Below, in pieces: positions 48,468 to 57,519 of a DNA stretch of 64,000 bases (the stretch's first letter is position 1; each line of letters starts with the position of its first letter). Origin of the DNA: Candidatus Nomurabacteria bacterium. GTDB lineage: Bacteria > Patescibacteriota > WWE3 > UBA101185 > UBA10185. The translations under genes and the position numbers were made by a program. The notes beneath the pieces were generated by a model. It worked only from the letters and a program-made list of their open reading frames with translations. It had not been told where the DNA came from and ran no database searches. The stretch is taken from assembly GCA_020631855.1 (NCBI GenBank), contig JACKGU010000001.1:231601-295600 (forward strand), given 5' to 3'.

Positions 48468-48821
48468 CTATTTAATGGCTTTAACTTTGTTTACCACTTC
48501 TTCAAAAGCTTTAGGATCGTTTATAGCAATCTCAGAAAGCATCTTTCTGTTAAGCACTATGCCGGTTTTAGGCAGTATATGCATGAATGTGCTGTAATTT
48601 ATTTCATGCTGGGTCAGGGCTCCGCTTATCCTTGAAATCCAGAGTTTTCTCATGTCTCTTCGTCTTATTCTGCGTCCTGCAAAGGCGTGCTCCCCTGCCC
48701 TTAGGACTGCCTCATTGGCTCGTCTAAAGAGTTTACTACGAGTTCCTCTGTAGCCTTTTGCTAGTTTTATTATGCTTCTATGTTTATTTCTGGCTCTTGG
48801 GCCACCTTTAACTCTAGTCAT
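48468..48821 (-). CDS. rplT: 50S ribosomal protein L20
   Basis: MTRVKGGPRARNKHRSIIKLAKGYRG. Confidence 0.9.
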   Translation of the reverse strand: MTRVKGGPRARNKHRSIIKLAKGYRGTRSKLFRRANEAVLRAGEHAFAGRRIRRRDMRKLWISRISGALTQHEINYSTFMHILPKTGIVLNRKMLSEIAINDPKAFEEVVNKVKAIK

Positions 48822-48824
48822 CGT

Positions 48825-49148
48825 TTATTCCTTTTCTATTGGAGCAACTTTTTTCTTACTCACCTTTTTTGAGGTAGTTGCTTTGGAGTTACTTTTTGTT
48901 TCCGTAGCCGCCGCTTCAACGTTCTCTGATTCTACTACATTTAATGTTATTTTGGAACCGCTTTTGCCTAGCATTTGTTTGATGTTTTTTATGTATCCTT
49001 TGCTGACTACAGCGCCCAAACCTCTTTTGCGGGTTTTTTTATTGGCTGACCACTTTCTCTTTAAATGTCCGGTTCTATTTTGTTTTTTTAGTATAATTCC
49101 GTTTTTAGTTATTTTTACCCTTTTTGATAGTGTTTTTCTTGTTTTCAT
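48825..49148 (-). CDS. rpmI: 50S ribosomal protein L35 with about 45-aa Lys/Ala/Glu-rich C-terminal tail
   Basis: MKTRKTLSKRVKITKNGIILKKQNRTGHLKRK. Confidence 0.85.
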   Translation of the reverse strand: MKTRKTLSKRVKITKNGIILKKQNRTGHLKRKWSANKKTRKRGLGAVVSKGYIKNIKQMLGKSGSKITLNVVESENVEAAATETKSNSKATTSKKVSKKKVAPIEKE

Positions 49149-49150
49149 AT

Positions 49151-49672
49151 TTATCCTTTGTTAAGCACTGCTATTATGTTTCTGCCTTGAATTCTAATTT
49201 GATCTTCAAGTTTTGCAATGTCTGTAAGAGCGGCTACAAATTTTTCTACTTTTTCTACTCCTATTTCAGGATGTGCTTGCTCTCTTCCTTTCATCACTAC
49301 TGTGACTTTTACTTGGTTACCGTCCATTAAAAACTCACGTGCGCGATCTGTTTTAACTTTTATTGCCCCTTCGTCTATGTAAGGGCCAAATCTAAACTCC
49401 TTTAACTTGCTTTTTTTGGCTTTAGCTTTTATTTCCGAGCTCTTTTTTCTCTCCTTATAAAGATATTTGTTAAAGTCCAAAATTTTAGCTATTGGCGGTT
49501 TTGCGTTTTCGGTAATTACTACCAGATCAAGTTCTTTTGATCTTGCTACTGCCAGTGCCTCTGATGTACTTAGAACACCTAGGTTTTCGCCATCCCCATC
49601 GTCTACTATTCGTAATTCAGGGTATCTTATTCGGTCATTTGTTTTGTAGTATTTGCTTTTTTCTTGTTTCAT
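49151..49672 (-). CDS. infC: Translation initiation factor IF-3
   Basis: IRYPELRIVDDGDGENLGVLSTSEALAVARSKELDLVVI. Confidence 0.9.
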   Translation of the reverse strand: MKQEKSKYYKTNDRIRYPELRIVDDGDGENLGVLSTSEALAVARSKELDLVVITENAKPPIAKILDFNKYLYKERKKSSEIKAKAKKSKLKEFRFGPYIDEGAIKVKTDRAREFLMDGNQVKVTVVMKGREQAHPEIGVEKVEKFVAALTDIAKLEDQIRIQGRNIIAVLNKG

Positions 49673-49752
49673 TCGTTAAACGAACCAAAATTACCATAAC
49701 AATGGGTGTTTGGTCAAATAATTCCTTGTTAGTTAGGGTTGGTTTTGGGAGA

Positions 49753-49833
49753 GGGGGGGGGGGGGGGCGGGGGGGGGCGGGGGGGGCCCGCCCCCCGCCC
49801 CCCCCCCCCCGCCCCCCCCCCCCCCCCCCCCCC
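49753..49833. repeat. About 81-bp homopolymeric tract: about 34 nt of poly-G immediately followed by about 47 nt of poly-C (a perfect G-run/C-run inverted repeat)
   Basis: Read directly from the sequence. It is extremely atypical for this AT-rich genome. The track ORFs encoding poly-Gly/poly-Pro here are artefacts. Confidence 0.9.
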
Positions 49834-49867
49834 GACCGGATCTCAAAAGACCCGGCCTCAGGATTCT

Positions 49868-50473
49868 TTACTCCCCAATCGAATTAAACTCAAAGTCAAA
49901 AATACCGACAGCCCCCTGCTTTGTATCGGACACGGTACCGGTAGAAAACCTTACAACCAGTCCCTTTACTGCCCCCGCGTCAATACTTCCTAAACTAAAT
50001 CCCTGTGTCTTCCACTTTACAATCGTATCTCTACCATAAGATACTCCGAGCTCAGTCTCATCAGCTGTCCCATCTGAGTTAGCGTCATTCCACTCTATTA
50101 TCTCAACGTATATTAGCTGCCTAAGCTCATCGGGATCATTGGCTGTGAGATAGTCGGAATTAGTAGTTACTGTGACTCTGGAACTGCCGTTGTTATACAA
50201 CTTCACTAAATAGTCCGCAGTCCAGTTAGACGAAATATTACTAAAAGACGGCCCTTGTATCTCATCTGCCAAATTTGCGCCATCCGCACCTAAAGACAGG
50301 TCCCTCAACAGCTTTAGATCAGCACTGCCTACACTAAAAGTAGAGCCAAGCACTTGCCCTTTGTCGACAAAAGCAGCATAAGCAACACCCGCAAAAGAGC
50401 AAAGCAATAACACGAGAACCAACACACCCGCACTTGCATGCATTTTTTTATTTATTTTTTTAAACATTTTCAC
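49868..50473 (-). CDS. Secreted protein with SipW-cognate (TasA/camelysin-type) signal peptide
   Basis: N-terminus ...AGVLVLVLLLCSFAGVAYAAFVDKGQVLGSTFSVGSADLKL matches the AAFxD...xTFxxGxLDL pattern. Confidence 0.5.
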   Translation of the reverse strand: MKMFKKINKKMHASAGVLVLVLLLCSFAGVAYAAFVDKGQVLGSTFSVGSADLKLLRDLSLGADGANLADEIQGPSFSNISSNWTADYLVKLYNNGSSRVTVTTNSDYLTANDPDELRQLIYVEIIEWNDANSDGTADETELGVSYGRDTIVKWKTQGFSLGSIDAGAVKGLVVRFSTGTVSDTKQGAVGIFDFEFNSIGE

Positions 50474-50491
50474 CTCCTTTCTAAATACTCT

Positions 50492-51331
50492 CTACAGTAG
50501 CGCTTGCTTATAAACAAATTTATGTGAAAAACTTTTATTATAAGAATTTATAGGTATATGAACTCGATCTTGCGACCTTATTTCTTGGTTATTATGCAAT
50601 GATTTATTGCCAAAATTTTCCTCATCATCTCTTTGCCCCTTTGCAGAATCTAGCTGAAACATGCTTTTTATGCTTATAAATTCAGAGTCGGAAACAACTA
50701 CATGGTCTATTAAATTAATGCCCAAGCCTTTTCCAAATTCTGCTAAAATTTTTGTGAGAGAAATATCCTCGGAACTGGGTGTGGGGTCATTCGAGGGATG
50801 ATTGTGAACCAAAATGATCGAAACAGCACCTTTAAGCAAAGCCATTCGGAAGATCTCCCTACAACTGACTAAAGTTTGATTTACTGTTCCTATAGTCAGC
50901 AGATCTAACGAAATTAAGTTATTTCTGGTGTCCAAATTTAGTAAATACAAATGTTCCACCTCTTGATTCATAAGTCTAGAACGCACCACCTCAAATACAT
51001 CTTTAGGGCTTGATATTTTTCTATTTCGTATATTTTCAACAGTCGTTAGGCGGGCAAACATTTCTTTTAAGGCGAGGAGCGAGGATATTTTGGCAGGCCC
51101 TAAACCTTTCACCTTCAAGAGTTGTTCTTTTGGAGCATTAATAACACACCTAAGTCCTCCGAGCTGAGACAGTATGTTAGTACTTAGTTCAATAACACCA
51201 ACTCCGCTAACACCTGTTCTAAGTATTATTGCTAACAACTCTGCGTCGGTAAGATGTGAGGAGCCGAGAGTTTCAATTTTCTCCCGTGGCAAAAGATCTG
51301 TTCGATCGAATAGTTTGGAATTTTTATGCAT
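50492..51331 (-). CDS. radC: RadC-like JAB/MPN-domain protein
   Basis: HhH region (LTDAELLAIILRTG) and JAMM motif (HNHPSNDPTPSSED). The start may be 51331 (MHKNS) or 51361. Confidence 0.75.
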   Translation of the reverse strand: MHKNSKLFDRTDLLPREKIETLGSSHLTDAELLAIILRTGVSGVGVIELSTNILSQLGGLRCVINAPKEQLLKVKGLGPAKISSLLALKEMFARLTTVENIRNRKISSPKDVFEVVRSRLMNQEVEHLYLLNLDTRNNLISLDLLTIGTVNQTLVSCREIFRMALLKGAVSIILVHNHPSNDPTPSSEDISLTKILAEFGKGLGINLIDHVVVSDSEFISIKSMFQLDSAKGQRDDEENFGNKSLHNNQEIRSQDRVHIPINSYNKSFSHKFVYKQALL

Positions 51332-51390
51332 ACTCACAATATAGGTTATTGCAACATGCATTTGTATATTGTATTCTAACTTTAGTAGAT

Positions 51391-51672
51391 ATGCTCAGCT
51401 ACAAAATTGGTAAAAAAATAAAAAAAGTTAGAGTAGACAATAAACTTTCTCAAAGAAGGTTTGGGGAAAAAATTGGCTTATCGGCTAAAACTATTTCGGC
51501 CTATGAGTGCGGTCGAATTTCTCCGCCCTATCACGTACTTGAGCAAATTTCACACACATACAATGCTGTCCTTGTGAACCCGCCAATAGCAAAAATAAAA
51601 TTTATTGAAAAACAGCTCGAAGTTTTAGAGCAAGCGTTACAAACATTAAAAACCGAGCTTAGACAGTTTTAA
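51391..51672 (+). CDS. XRE-family helix-turn-helix transcriptional regulator (93 aa)
   Basis: IGKKIKKVRVDNKLSQRRFGEKIGLSAKTISAYECGRISP is a classical HTH_XRE. The start was chosen at ATG 51391; the track ORF from 51256 overlaps radC. Confidence 0.65.
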   Translation: MLSYKIGKKIKKVRVDNKLSQRRFGEKIGLSAKTISAYECGRISPPYHVLEQISHTYNAVLVNPPIAKIKFIEKQLEVLEQALQTLKTELRQF

Positions 51673-51731
51673 TCTCAATAACTGCGAGGTATGGGTAAAG
51701 CGGACAATAGAGATACGCTGAAATTAAGCTC

Positions 51732-52175
51732 CTATCTCTTTGAGAATTGAGGTCGCTTTCGAGCTTTTCTAAGGTAAGGCTTCTTTCTTTCAACCATCCT
51801 GGAATCTCGAGTCAATAGATCTAATTTCTTTAAATTCAGTTCGAATTCTTCGTCTATTTTAGCTAAAGCCCTGGAAATTCCGAGAACTACAGCTCCTAAC
51901 TGGGCTGATTTTCCGGAGCCAGATACTTTTATGGTTGCGCTAAACTGTGCTTCGGGGTGAGAAACACCAATTGCATGAAAAGGTTTAGTCCAAGCTAATG
52001 TTTCTTTTTCGGAAGGAAAGTACTCAGCAATAGGCATGCCATTTATCAGTATTTGGCCTTTTTCTTTATACAGAAAAACGCTTGCAACCGAGGTCTTTCT
52101 TCTGCCGGTTCCCGATATAAAATCTTTTCGCGGCTTCATTATTTCTTTATGAACTTCTGTTTGCTGTTTTTTCAT
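51732..52175 (-). CDS. rpsI: 30S ribosomal protein S9
   Basis: GTGRRKTSVASV...KPYLRKARKRPQFSKR. Confidence 0.9.
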   Translation of the reverse strand: MKKQQTEVHKEIMKPRKDFISGTGRRKTSVASVFLYKEKGQILINGMPIAEYFPSEKETLAWTKPFHAIGVSHPEAQFSATIKVSGSGKSAQLGAVVLGISRALAKIDEEFELNLKKLDLLTRDSRMVERKKPYLRKARKRPQFSKR

Positions 52176-52594
52176 TTTTGCTGCGCCTCATGAGGATGCT
52201 GATCGCCCTCATATATATATAAATTTGCCATTCTTATTTTTTGTAATTTGTTCTTGGGTAACATATTTTTAACTGCTCTTCTTATGACTTCGTTAGGCCT
52301 TCTGTCCAATAAACTCCTAAGGTTTTCATTTCTGATACCTCCAGGATAACCAGTGTGTCTGTAATATGTTTTGTCGTCAAGCTTTCTGCCGGTTACAGCT
52401 ACTTTTTTGGAATTAAGAACAACAACTTTGTCCCCAACATTGATATTAGGTGTATAAATGGCTTTGTTTTTACCAATGAGTAATTTTGCAATCTCTTGCG
52501 CAGCATCTCCTAATATTCTTCCGCGAACATCTATAAAATGCCACTCTTGTTGTATATATGTTATTTTTGGTGTTGTCGTTTTAAGTATTTTCAT
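52172..52594 (-). CDS. rplM: 50S ribosomal protein L13
   Basis: WHFIDVRGRILGDAAQEIAKLL. Confidence 0.9.
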   Translation of the reverse strand: MKILKTTTPKITYIQQEWHFIDVRGRILGDAAQEIAKLLIGKNKAIYTPNINVGDKVVVLNSKKVAVTGRKLDDKTYYRHTGYPGGIRNENLRSLLDRRPNEVIRRAVKNMLPKNKLQKIRMANLYIYEGDQHPHEAQQK

Positions 52595-52599
52595 TTTAA

Positions 52600-53139
52600 T
52601 TATTGTTCTTTCGCTACATTTGTTGAACTATCATCTATTACTTCCATAGCATTTTCAACCACGACCTCTGATTCACTTTTCTCAGATACCTTAGATCCCT
52701 TTGTTTTCTTTTCTATTGTTTTTTTTCCGTCGGCTTTTTCTGGCGTAACCTTTGCCTTAGAATCTTTTGTTTTGGTTTCCTTTGTTTTTACAAACTCCAG
52801 CCTTGCCATAGGAGCATTATCGCCATCTCTATAGCCTAGCTTTACTATTCTGGTGTATCCTCCCGGTCTTTTTTCAAAGGAAGGTGCGACATCGGAAAAT
52901 AATTTTTTAAGAGCCTCGTTTGATCGCAGTTTAGCATTTACTTTATTTAAAGCATCGAAAGAGTTTCCAGTGCGCGCTTTTGTTACCAACTTCTCAACAT
53001 AAGGCTTAACAAACTTTGCTTTTGCAAGCGTTGTTTCAACCTTACCGTGCAAAATGAGGGATGCAGACAAGTTTCTAAGCAAAGCTTTTCTATGGTCAGT
53101 ATCCCTATTCATCTTTTTTGTGTTTACACGGTGCCTCAT
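52600..53139 (-). CDS. rplQ: 50S ribosomal protein L17 with about 60-aa Lys-rich C-terminal tail
   Basis: MRHRVNTKKMNRDTDHRKALLRNL...GGYTRIVKLGYRDGDNAPMARLEF. Confidence 0.9.
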   Translation of the reverse strand: MRHRVNTKKMNRDTDHRKALLRNLSASLILHGKVETTLAKAKFVKPYVEKLVTKARTGNSFDALNKVNAKLRSNEALKKLFSDVAPSFEKRPGGYTRIVKLGYRDGDNAPMARLEFVKTKETKTKDSKAKVTPEKADGKKTIEKKTKGSKVSEKSESEVVVENAMEVIDDSSTNVAKEQ

Positions 53140-53140
53140 A

Positions 53141-54085
53141 TTATCTTAGATTTTCTTTTTCAAGTAACTTTATAATCTCTTTTACTGATTTCTCACCCAA
53201 ATTCTTAACGTCCGCTATTTCCTCATCGGTCATCTTTGCTAACTGACTTAGTTTTTCAATACCGTGTTTTCTCAATGCATTCACTGTTCTAGTAGGAAGT
53301 GATAGATCTTCTAAATATACATCGTCTTTAGATGAAGAATTTCCTGTGGTATCTTCAGCGGCATCGCTCTGAGAACTTGCAGGAACAATGATCTCTTCTA
53401 CGTATTCTTCTTTACTGGCAAATTTTGAAAAGAAATTTCTTAAAAGTGTAGCAGCTTCTGTTAATGCCTCTTCCGGCTTAACAGCACCATCAGTTTGAAC
53501 GGTTATAATCAGTTCATCCAGATCGGTAACATCCCCTTTTCTTGTTGGGGTAACCTCATATGAAACTTTGAGAACCGGAGAAAATAGAGCATCTATAACA
53601 ATTGCTCCAAGTTTGGCTGTTTCACGACTTTCTGCTATTGAGTAACCTACACCTTGCTCTATGATTAGTTCGGCTTCAAAAGTTGTTTTATCATCAGCAA
53701 GCTCTGCGATTACAAAATCCTTATTTATTACTTCAACTTCAGATGATATTTTTATATCTCCTGCAGTAACTGCACCTTTGCCCTTTTTCTTTATAGTCCC
53801 AATTACAGGAGAGTCAGAGTGAGATCTAACGACTATTTCCTTCATATTCAAGCAAAGATCCACTACGTCCTGTTTAACACCTGGGATTGTGGTGAATTGG
53901 TGGGTGATTCCCGGAAATGTAACTTGGGTTACTGCCGCACCTTTTATTGAAGTTAAAAGAACTCTTCGAATACTACTTCCAAGAGTGTTTCCGTAACCTT
54001 TTGGTAATGGCTTAAAACTAAAAACACCTACAGAGTTTTTCTCTGATACTTTATTAATTTTGATCTCATTTGGTTGTAATAACAC
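53141..54085 (-). CDS. rpoA: DNA-directed RNA polymerase alpha subunit
   Basis: N-terminal domain and alpha-CTD (DLSLPTRTVNALRKHGIEKLSQL). Confidence 0.9.
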   Translation of the reverse strand: MLLQPNEIKINKVSEKNSVGVFSFKPLPKGYGNTLGSSIRRVLLTSIKGAAVTQVTFPGITHQFTTIPGVKQDVVDLCLNMKEIVVRSHSDSPVIGTIKKKGKGAVTAGDIKISSEVEVINKDFVIAELADDKTTFEAELIIEQGVGYSIAESRETAKLGAIVIDALFSPVLKVSYEVTPTRKGDVTDLDELIITVQTDGAVKPEEALTEAATLLRNFFSKFASKEEYVEEIIVPASSQSDAAEDTTGNSSSKDDVYLEDLSLPTRTVNALRKHGIEKLSQLAKMTDEEIADVKNLGEKSVKEIIKLLEKENLR

Positions 54086-54101
54086 TTCGGTCTCCTTTAA
54101 A

Positions 54102-54704
54102 CTATCTAGAATAGAATTCTATAATTAACTGAACATTTATGTTTTCAGATAAATCTTCCAGCGTAGGCATTCTGGTGAATTTAACATATCTTTCGGTTAC
54201 ATTTGCCGTTAGCCAGTCCGGCATAACAAAACCTTCTCTTAGCTGAATCTTATCAAAACTAACGGGCTTAATAATATCGCCAACCTTTACCCTGTAGGAG
54301 GGGATATTAACAGGTTTACCATTCACAGTAAAGATGTTTGATCTAATAAACTGTCTTGCCTGGGCTCTTGAAACTGCAAAACCACTTCTGTAGACTGCTG
54401 TATCTAATCTTGTTTCAAGCTGCTGCATTAAAACCTCTCCTGAAACTCCTTTAACTCTTAGAGCTTCTTGAACATAGGTATTAAATTGTTTTTCCAGCAA
54501 TCCATAAATTCTTTTTACTTTCTGCTTTTCTCGTAATTGCTTTCCGTACTCGGATAACCTTCCTCGTGTGTTTCCGTGCTGACCCGGCGCATAAGCTTTC
54601 TTATTCATGGCACATTTCTCCGATTCACATCGGGTACCTTTTAGATAGAGCTTTTCGCCCTCTCTTCTACATAATCTGCATTTTGGTCCGTTATATCTTG
54701 CCAT
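54102..54704 (-). CDS. rpsD: 30S ribosomal protein S4
   Basis: MARYNGPKCRLCRREGEKLYLKGTRC. Confidence 0.9.
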   Translation of the reverse strand: MARYNGPKCRLCRREGEKLYLKGTRCESEKCAMNKKAYAPGQHGNTRGRLSEYGKQLREKQKVKRIYGLLEKQFNTYVQEALRVKGVSGEVLMQQLETRLDTAVYRSGFAVSRAQARQFIRSNIFTVNGKPVNIPSYRVKVGDIIKPVSFDKIQLREGFVMPDWLTANVTERYVKFTRMPTLEDLSENINVQLIIEFYSR

Positions 54705-54715
54705 AATTCTCCAAA

Positions 54716-55108
54716 TTAAACTCTTCTTTTATTCTTCGGCCTACACCCGTTATGAGGAATTGGGGTGATGTCCGCAATTGATGTTACTCTTAAACCGGCA
54801 CTTTTTAGGGCCTTAATAGAAGCAATCCTTCCCATTCCCGGCCCTTTAACTAAAACAGCTACTTCTCTCATGCCACTCTCGTAAGCCGCCTGAGCAGTAG
54901 CTTCTGTAGACTTAGTAGCAGCAAAAGGAGTAGATTTTCTCGAGCCTTTAAAGCCTGCTTTTCCGGTACTTCCCGAGAATAAAACATTACCTTTGTCATC
55001 AGTAAAAGTTATTAAAGTGTTATTAAAACCTGCCAAAATATAAACTCTTCCTGATGAAGGTGTAATTGACTTGCTTTTTGATGACTTCTTTTTTTTCTGT
55101 ACTGCCAT
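54716..55108 (-). CDS. rpsK: 30S ribosomal protein S11
   Basis: ...GSRKSTPFAA...HNGCRPKNKRRV. Confidence 0.9.
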   Translation of the reverse strand: MAVQKKKKSSKSKSITPSSGRVYILAGFNNTLITFTDDKGNVLFSGSTGKAGFKGSRKSTPFAATKSTEATAQAAYESGMREVAVLVKGPGMGRIASIKALKSAGLRVTSIADITPIPHNGCRPKNKRRV

Positions 55109-55109
55109 A

Positions 55110-55496
55110 TTATTTCTTAGTTAACTTTTTCTGCGTCCCGCCGACTGTCTTTCTTTTTCCTTTTCTTGTACGGGCGTTAGTGCTTGTTCTTTGTCCTCTG
55201 GCGGGCAAGCCTTTCTTGTGGCGTTCCCCTCTGTAGGACCTAATTTCCTGCAACCTTCTGATGTTTTGAGTTACTATTCTTCTTAACTCGCCTTCAATTG
55301 GTAGAGCAAGCTTTTCAACATGCGCTCTTATCGAAGCTATTTGTGCGTCCGAAAGATCTTTCGCTCTTATATCAGGATCTATTTTTGTGGCTTCAAGGAT
55401 CTCGTTGCTTTTTTTTAAACCTATGCCTCTCACATAAGTCAAAGCCACTTCGATTCTTTTATTTTCAGGTATATCTACTCCAAGTACTCTAGCCAT
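55110..55496 (-). CDS. rpsM: 30S ribosomal protein S13
   Basis: MARVLGVDIPENKRIEVALTYVRGIG. Confidence 0.9.
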   Translation of the reverse strand: MARVLGVDIPENKRIEVALTYVRGIGLKKSNEILEATKIDPDIRAKDLSDAQIASIRAHVEKLALPIEGELRRIVTQNIRRLQEIRSYRGERHKKGLPARGQRTSTNARTRKGKRKTVGGTQKKLTKK

Positions 55497-55497
55497 A

Positions 55498-55611
55498 TTA
55501 TCCTTGTCTCTGCTTGTGCTTTGGGTTTGTACAAATAACCCTTAACACTCCGCTCCTTCTTATTATTTTGCAGTTTCTGCAAATTGTTTTTACTGACGAT
55601 CTAACTTTCAT
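55498..55611 (-). CDS. rpmJ: 50S ribosomal protein L36 (not in ORF track)
   Basis: Manual translation gives [37 protein letters not shown]. Confidence 0.9.
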   Translation of the reverse strand: MKVRSSVKTICRNCKIIRRSGVLRVICTNPKHKQRQG

Positions 55612-55830
55612 TTATCTAAACCTATAAGTAATTCGACCTCTTGTCAAATCATGAGGCGAAAACTCAACTTTTACCTTATCTCCAGGCAATATTCTTATTT
55701 TAAACTTTCTTAGCTTTCCTGCAAGTACAGACCAAGCCTCTTCCCCGGGGCCAAATTCTATCAAAAAAAGCCCCCCTGTTTGAGATTCTTTTACTATTCC
55801 TTCTTTTATAACTACTTCTTTAGTGTTCAT
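55612..55830 (-). CDS. infA: Translation initiation factor IF-1
   Basis: S1-like IF-1 sequence, 72 aa. Confidence 0.9.
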   Translation of the reverse strand: MNTKEVVIKEGIVKESQTGGLFLIEFGPGEEAWSVLAGKLRKFKIRILPGDKVKVEFSPHDLTRGRITYRFR

Positions 55831-55879
55831 CTACAAAATATACTGACGCGCCAAATTCTATCAAAATAAAGCTATAGCG

Positions 55880-56623
55880 TCAATTAAATACCGTTAGGAT
55901 TTTTGGCTCTGTTTTTCCGACAACAACGGTATGTTCGAACAACCCTGATAAACTACCATCTAAAGTCCTATATGTCCAGTCATCCCGCTCTAAAGCCAAC
56001 TCGGGCTTTCCTTTCTGATAAATAATTTCTATGGCTAAAACCATGTTTTCCTTTAATTTCATGCCTTTTCCGGGCTTTCCGTAGCACGGCACATATGGGT
56101 CCTCATGGAGCTGCTTGCCGATTCCATGCCCAACCAAATCTCTTGAAACGCTCCACCCATGCTTTTCAACCGCGGACTGCATTTCAAATGAAATATCCCC
56201 AAGCCTGTTGCCCTCTACAGCCTTGCTAATAGCCTTCTCAAGCCCCTCTTTGCCTGCTGACAGGAATTCTGACTCTTTTGACGTACCGACCTCAACGGTG
56301 TGAGATAAATCGGTGTGAAAGCCTAAATAAAGAGCTCCGAGGTCTATGCTGACAATATCACCATCTTTAAGACGGTAATCATTAGGCAACCCATGAACAA
56401 TACCCTCGTTTACGTTTATACAAGTTGTAAATCTGTAATTATCAACTGTCATGAAAGATGCTTTAGCGCCGCTGCCAGAAATATAATCAGCAGCTACAGA
56501 ATCCAGTTCAATCAACGATACTCCGGCCCTTACATTTGAGAGAACCGCGCTCATAGCTCCGGCAGATATTCTTCCGCAACGTGTCATTTTCTCAATATCA
56601 GAGTTTGATTTACTATAACCCAT
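55880..56623 (-). CDS. map: Methionine aminopeptidase type I
   Basis: Pita-bread fold metal-ligand motifs (D...D...H...E...E). Confidence 0.85.
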   Translation of the reverse strand: MGYSKSNSDIEKMTRCGRISAGAMSAVLSNVRAGVSLIELDSVAADYISGSGAKASFMTVDNYRFTTCINVNEGIVHGLPNDYRLKDGDIVSIDLGALYLGFHTDLSHTVEVGTSKESEFLSAGKEGLEKAISKAVEGNRLGDISFEMQSAVEKHGWSVSRDLVGHGIGKQLHEDPYVPCYGKPGKGMKLKENMVLAIEIIYQKGKPELALERDDWTYRTLDGSLSGLFEHTVVVGKTEPKILTVFN

Positions 56624-56624
56624 G

Positions 56625-57236
56625 CTAATCCTGAAGCACTTTAATTACTAACTCAGCAACTTCAGCGGGACTGCCCCCCGCATCTACTTCAAAAACTTTT
56701 CCTAAAGCTCTAAAATGATCTACAACCTTCATAGTGTCAGAATAGTATATCTCTAGTCTTTTATTAACTGACTCTTCGGTATCATCGGCCCTTTGAATCA
56801 AATTGCCTTTACATTTGGCCACCTCTTCAGGGGGTAGAGTATAAATATTGTATGTTTTACCGTCAGAATCACAGATCCTTCTTCCTGTAATTCTTCTCAC
56901 ACACTCTTCTCTGGATAATACGAGAACTATCACTTTGTCGTAGCCGGGATCAAAATACTTTAAATCAATCATCGCACGTCCCCAACCATCCAAAATATAA
57001 CCTTTAGCACAATCTTCCCTTGACACTCTCTCTTCTATCAAAGATGCCACTAGGTCTTGGGATACCAACACACCCTTACCCATAAGATCGTTTATCTCTT
57101 CAAACCTTGGGTGTGATGGAGGGATTTCCCTTAGTAGCTGCCCCGAAGATATTGCCGGAATTCCAAGGCGTTTAGACACTATATCCCCTACTGTACCTTT
57201 ACCTGAGCCTTGGGGGCCTAGCAACAAAACTTTCAT
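56625..57236 (-). CDS. adk: Adenylate kinase
   Basis: P-loop GPQGSGKGT; LID with Cys cluster. Confidence 0.9.
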   Translation of the reverse strand: MKVLLLGPQGSGKGTVGDIVSKRLGIPAISSGQLLREIPPSHPRFEEINDLMGKGVLVSQDLVASLIEERVSREDCAKGYILDGWGRAMIDLKYFDPGYDKVIVLVLSREECVRRITGRRICDSDGKTYNIYTLPPEEVAKCKGNLIQRADDTEESVNKRLEIYYSDTMKVVDHFRALGKVFEVDAGGSPAEVAELVIKVLQD

Positions 57237-57506
57237 TTATAATCCTAATAACGCCATCAGATCGCCTGCCTGATCTTTCATTTTTTTCTCCGATTTTTTA
57301 TCAATCTGCTTCAAAGCATCGTTTAACATGGCCTTGATATCAGATCTTTCCTCACCATCTATGACTATTTTTTCAATGCGCTTATCTCCTCTTACTAGTA
57401 CAGAGTTGTTGCCTTTTTCTTCCTGATGAAAAATTTGCTCTAATTGAGATTTTATATCTGACTGTAATTTTCTGGCTTTATTTACTGCTTTCAATTTATC
57501 TATCAT
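57237..57506 (-). CDS. YbaB/EbfC-like nucleoid-associated protein (tentative), inserted between secY and adk
   Basis: Pattern VLVRGDKRIEKIVIDGE...DIKAMLNDALKQ and a C-terminal MALLGL tail resemble the YbaB family. Low-complexity N-terminal helix. Confidence 0.45.
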   Translation of the reverse strand: MIDKLKAVNKARKLQSDIKSQLEQIFHQEEKGNNSVLVRGDKRIEKIVIDGEERSDIKAMLNDALKQIDKKSEKKMKDQAGDLMALLGL

Positions 57507-57519
57507 TAGAAATGCCTTT

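Noticed and set aside
49537-49993. Track ORFs encoding poly-Gly / poly-Pro peptides
   Set aside because: They result purely from the poly-G/poly-C homopolymer tract and are not genes.
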